A stretch of 64,000 nucleotides of DNA from positions 544,001 to 608,000 of the forward strand of contig CAWHHI010000011.1 in the NCBI GenBank assembly GCA_963829055.1. Reading direction: 5' to 3'. The translations under genes and the position numbers were made by a program. The stretch's first letter is position 1. Each line of letters begins with the position of its first letter. This stretch comes from an uncultured Gemmatimonadaceae bacterium (GTDB lineage Bacteria; Gemmatimonadota; Gemmatimonadetes; Gemmatimonadales; Gemmatimonadaceae). Positions 62,521-64,000 of this stretch are shown in pieces. The notes beneath the pieces are model-generated. The model was not told the origin of the DNA, made no database searches, and was given only the letters and a program-made list of their open reading frames with translations.

Positions 62521-63126
62521 CTACCGCCGTGCAGTCGTCCGCTTCGCCCGTGTGGACCGCTTCGTCGCGCCGGCGCGGCGCGCTCCGCCGCTGCGACCGT
62601 TCATACCGCCGCTCTCGCTCATCTCGTCATCATCCGCCTGCTCGGCTTCGATGTTGATCGAGCTCTCGGCCAGCGACGACAACAGCTTGTCCGTCTCGCC
62701 TTCCTCGTCGAGCGTCTGCTGGAGCAACGTTGCCTGCTCTTCCTCGCCGAGCTGGCGCGCGTACGTGCGCACTGTGCCGTAGCCAGCGATCTCGTAATGC
62801 TCCACGCGCTGCGCGGCCGCGATCAGCCCCGCATCGAGCACCTCGGGCTCCGGACGCTCCTTGATCAACTCCTGCCCTTCCTCGAGCAGACCCTCCATCC
62901 CCTTGCACTTCTTCCCGCGCGTCGACTCGTCGAGAAGCTTGAAGATCCGTTCGAGCCGCTTCACGTGCTGTTGTGTCTGCCGCTCGTGCTGCGTGAACGC
63001 GCGTTTCAAGTCGCTATTCGACGCCGCTTTGATCATCCTCGGCAGCGCTTTCAGGATCTGAGTCTCGGCGCTGTAGAGATCCTTGAGCTCTTCCACGTAG
63101 AGCTCACGCAAGGAATTCATCTGCAC
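62521..63126 (-). CDS. Ferritin-like DUF892 (YciE/YciF) protein with basic tail
   Basis: LKDLYSAETQ, CKGMEGL, AAQRVEHYEIAGYGT, EEGETDKLL; GGAGG RBS. Confidence 0.93.
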   Translation of the reverse strand: MQMNSLRELYVEELKDLYSAETQILKALPRMIKAASNSDLKRAFTQHERQTQQHVKRLERIFKLLDESTRGKKCKGMEGLLEEGQELIKERPEPEVLDAGLIAAAQRVEHYEIAGYGTVRTYARQLGEEEQATLLQQTLDEEGETDKLLSSLAESSINIEAEQADDDEMSESGGMNGRSGGARRAGATKRSTRAKRTTARR

Positions 63127-63193
63127 GGTGACGCCTCCGGACCAGTGAGTGGATGGTTCGACGACCCCGCGTCGTCGACACATCACTCGCTAG

Positions 63194-63209
63194 TGCAATG
63201 GCGGGGCCC
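63194..63209 (-). promoter_or_regulatory. Possible sigma54 -24/-12 promoter for the DUF892 gene
   Basis: Minus strand GGGCCCCGCCATTGCA (GG-N10-GC); only a partial consensus match. Confidence 0.35.
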
Positions 63210-63280
63210 GCAGCGGACATTCTGCCCGGATGCGATCCACTATCAGTGGACCAACATCGAGATCATCGAGGACGACATCA

Positions 63281-64000
63281 TCATCGATCGGTCCTGCGCT
63301 CGAGGATGATGATGTTCTCGCGCTCCGCCGCGGTCATCGGTGACACGCGTGCGCCCGCCGCAGCACCATCCGGCGGCGGAAGCGGACGCGTCCACCGGAC
63401 GCCCGTGTCGATCACGACACGGGTCACGCGCGCCGTGCCGACGACCGCTCCACGCAACGCGTTCGCATCATGCGCCCTCGGCCCGGCGCCGACATCGAGC
63501 GCGCGCACCAACCTGATCTGGTTCGGCAACGCGGTGTTACCCACGGAGATGCGGGGCGCGGCGCCGGCCAGCAGGAGGAGCGCGCAGACACTCACACCGA
63601 ACGCGCTTCTCGTCGATCGCGCACGCGGAGCCGAGCGCTCGCCGAGGATACGACCGACGCGCCGGACGAGCGGCGAGCCACCCGACTCGACCATCGCCGA
63701 CATCGGATGCAGGCGCGGCGTGTCGTCCACCTCGCGAGCGCGTCCCACCCACTCGGCGACCGCCGCGAGACACTTCGCGAGCGTGACTGGATGACTCGTG
63801 CTCGCGACTGCCCAGTCGTCGCAGAGATACTCCGCGACTTCCTGCATGCGATGCCGGGCCAGGCGGTTGAGCGGTTGCATGAACAACACCATCTCGATCG
63901 CTCGCGCGGCGACGAGCCACTGCGGATCACGACGCACCAGATGCGCGATCTCGTGCGCCAGCATGCTGTCCTGCTCCACCGGCGCGAGCTCCATGAGCGC
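63281..64000 (-). CDS. M56 (BlaR1-like) metallopeptidase, 5' part outside window
   Basis: LAHEIAHLVRRD, QPL, EYLCDDWA motifs. Confidence 0.88.
   Translation of the reverse strand, partial: ALMELAPVEQDSMLAHEIAHLVRRDPQWLVAARAIEMVLFMQPLNRLARHRMQEVAEYLCDDWAVASTSHPVTLAKCLAAVAEWVGRAREVDDTPRLHPMSAMVESGGSPLVRRVGRILGERSAPRARSTRSAFGVSVCALLLLAGAAPRISVGNTALPNQIRLVRALDVGAGPRAHDANALRGAVVGTARVTRVVIDTGVRWTRPLPPPDGAAAGARVSPMTAAERENIIILERRTDR

Overview
High-GC (roughly 68-70% by eye) bacterial chromosomal segment. Gene content (Hanks-type Ser/Thr kinases, an ECF sigma with three HEAT-repeat genes) suggests Gemmatimonadota, which is inference only. Contents: a Wzm/Wzt polysaccharide cluster (1-13.8 kb); an imuA-imuB-dnaE2 mutasome cassette interrupted by an arginase gene; small accessory genes; two divergent Ser/Thr kinases; dat, M20 peptidase, Omp85-like and cyanophycinase genes; an ECF/anti-sigma/3xHEAT operon; DASS and osmoprotectant ABC transporters; a cupredoxin/barrel/CX4CH/YceI module below a LytS/LytTR pair; a subtilase, solA and others. 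At least 15 genes carry single-base frameshifts that look like long-read indel errors. No rRNA, tRNA, CRISPR array, transposase or integrase was seen. The most striking signals are at DNA level. (1) The non-palindromic motif GCCTAACG/CGTTAGGC occurs about once per kb on both strands, mostly inside genes and often via rare TTA/CTA codons, like an uptake-sequence or HIP1-type signal. (2) Several families of palindromic and 7-bp tandem repeats stack, nest four-deep (61 kb) and are translated inside proteins (ImuB, cyanophycinase, anti-sigma). All counts are hand counts.
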